In this document: piece after piece, positions 62,591 to 64,000 of the stretch
Layout of the letters: each line of letters opens with the position of its first letter
Numbering within the stretch: position 1 is the stretch's first letter
Origin: Candidatus Latescibacterota bacterium
GTDB lineage: Bacteria; Latescibacterota; UBA2968; GCA-2709665
DNA: 64,000 nucleotides
Assembly: GCA_965208835.1 (NCBI GenBank)
Contig: OZ242358.1
Location: 384,001-448,000 of the forward strand
Direction of reading: 5' to 3'
Notes under the pieces: model-generated
What the model was told of the DNA's origin: nothing
The model's input: the letters and a program-made list of their open reading frames with translations, nothing else
Database searches by the model: none
Made by a program: the position numbers and the translations under genes

Positions 62591-64000
62591 TCAGATGCGC
62601 GTCATCTGTGCCGCTTCCATCCCCAGGTCCCGTACTTTCCCGTCTTTCAGAATATTCACATCCACCCTTCGCCCCGCTTCATTGGTGATGTACGCGTCCC
62701 CGCCGGGAACGACTTCGATGCGAATATCCCCGTCGCACCGGACCTTCATGACTTCCTTCGCGTAAACTGCCTCGCCGCCCTCGATGGGCGTCGAATACTC
62801 GACGCGCCGTCCGGAAACGCGCGTAATGCTTCCAAAAACCGGTACCGGATGCTCAATCTCAGTTGCAAACGCGAATACACTCCGCTCCGCCCCGAAGTTA
62901 CCTGCGCAGAGATAGTCGTCTACGAGTACACAGACGGTATCTTCGGACGACTCGGTGACCGTTAGAAACTGGTCCGGCGTTTCGTCGTGCGGCTGCTCGG
63001 GGCAGATCAGTATGGCGAGCGCGCCAACCTGCGCCCTGGCCCGGTATTCCTTCGCCGTTTCTTCCAGGCTGAGGAACAGATCGTCCGCGACCGCCCTGAA
63101 GCTGAAAGGCGGGAAATGGTGACGGTTCACATAGCGGGTCCCGCCCGTCCCCGTGAACACGATCCCTAGTTGATCGTCCACGTTAAGCCAGCCCGGGTCG
63201 CGCAGGTCGAACACGACATCGTCGTCGGGGTCTTTGCTCGGAAACCCGGGAAACGTCTCCGTTCCGTCGGGGTGATACAGAATACGCTTGCCGTCGCACG
63301 CGCCGCCGACCAGGGGGAAGTCTTCGTTGACCACCCTGATGAATCCCTGGTCCAACCTCTCCACCGTACAATCTCGAAGCGCCACGAGCCGTTCGCTGCA
63401 CACCATCCGTCCATCCGGAAGCGAGCAGCACAGCACGCGCTGCCGGATCGTGTCCTGGGCCCGGTCGTTTTCCATGAGCGCCGCGAACCCGTCGTCCTTT
63501 TGGTTGATCCGCATAACGCGAAGATTCTGGCTTCCCGGCCGGTCCCTCACCGTGACGTTGGCCAGCAGGCTCCAACGGCTGGGCCCTACCGTGTGCACGC
63601 CGTCGCGCGTGAACGGCAGCGCCATCACGTAGTTTCGCCAGGACAGGGAATTCTGGCCCTTCGTGTGTCGATGATGCACGAACCCGGAATGAGGGAAAAC
63701 CCGGACGCCGTTGAACTTCGCCGCAATCTCCGCTTCTGACGCGGGCGCCGGCGCCTCCGCATCCATAATCCGGTGCAGGAGGTAGGGTTTGACGATACCG
63801 GCAATCATCTCGGATTCCTTGATTTCCATCGGATCTTCCACCTCATGGCATGTGTCGGCAATTACGGAATCGATCAACCGCCCTCCGTTCCCTTCCTGTT
63901 TCTTTTCTCTGAGCGCGAGCGAGACCTCCTCGAAATACCCTGCATCCGGGTCTTTCAGAAACAGATATGCCGATGCGTGCAGCACGTGTTGTTCTCCCAG
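62591..64000 (-). CDS. Partial (5' end outside window) paralog of 54826-57237 hypothetical protein
   Basis: Frame open to window edge; FPHSGFVHHRHTKGQNSLSWRNYVMALP, DGFAALM..DR.Q. Confidence 0.75.
   Translation of the reverse strand: MGEQHVLHASAYLFLKDPDAGYFEEVSLALREKKQEGNGGRLIDSVIADTCHEVEDPMEIKESEMIAGIVKPYLLHRIMDAEAPAPASEAEIAAKFNGVRVFPHSGFVHHRHTKGQNSLSWRNYVMALPFTRDGVHTVGPSRWSLLANVTVRDRPGSQNLRVMRINQKDDGFAALMENDRAQDTIRQRVLCCSLPDGRMVCSERLVALRDCTVERLDQGFIRVVNEDFPLVGGACDGKRILYHPDGTETFPGFPSKDPDDDVVFDLRDPGWLNVDDQLGIVFTGTGGTRYVNRHHFPPFSFRAVADDLFLSLEETAKEYRARAQVGALAILICPEQPHDETPDQFLTVTESSEDTVCVLVDDYLCAGNFGAERSVFAFATEIEHPVPVFGSITRVSGRRVEYSTPIEGGEAVYAKEVMKVRCDGDIRIEVVPGGDAYITNEAGRRVDVNILKDGKVRDLGMEAAQMTRI

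Overview
GC-rich bacterial chromosomal window with no rRNA, tRNA, CRISPR array, integrase or transposase that I can recognise. It is a patchwork of metabolic genes separated by very dense non-autonomous repeats (REP/REPIN-like palindromes, several MITE-like families, a heptamer-armed element in about 10 copies, a 326-bp tandem duplication) and by gene remnants. Gene content (three PhyH dioxygenases, dockerin/EF-hand-like TolB protein, heparinase-like lyase, sterol enzymes) suggests a sponge-symbiont-type organism such as Latescibacterota or Gemmatimonadota; this is inference only. Main findings: (1) two selenoprotein candidates missed by the ORF track, each with an in-frame UGA at a catalytic-Cys position followed by a similar SECIS-like hairpin: a UGSC-family variant with a U-C motif (23873-24610, minus) and an AhpC/TSA-like protein with UxxS and an internal 30-aa duplication (49214-49804, plus); (2) a dispersed eukaryote-like sterol-tailoring set (C24-methyltransferase tail, Neverland/KshA-like Rieske enzyme, steroid 5-alpha-reductase, ERG4/ERG24-family reductase); (3) a VOC gene split by a 1.5-kb insert between 33-bp direct repeats; (4) an NCS2 permease fused to a degenerate RsbW-like domain; (5) a glycan-degradation-like locus of uncharacterised large proteins. 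All family assignments come from motif recognition by eye, not database searches.
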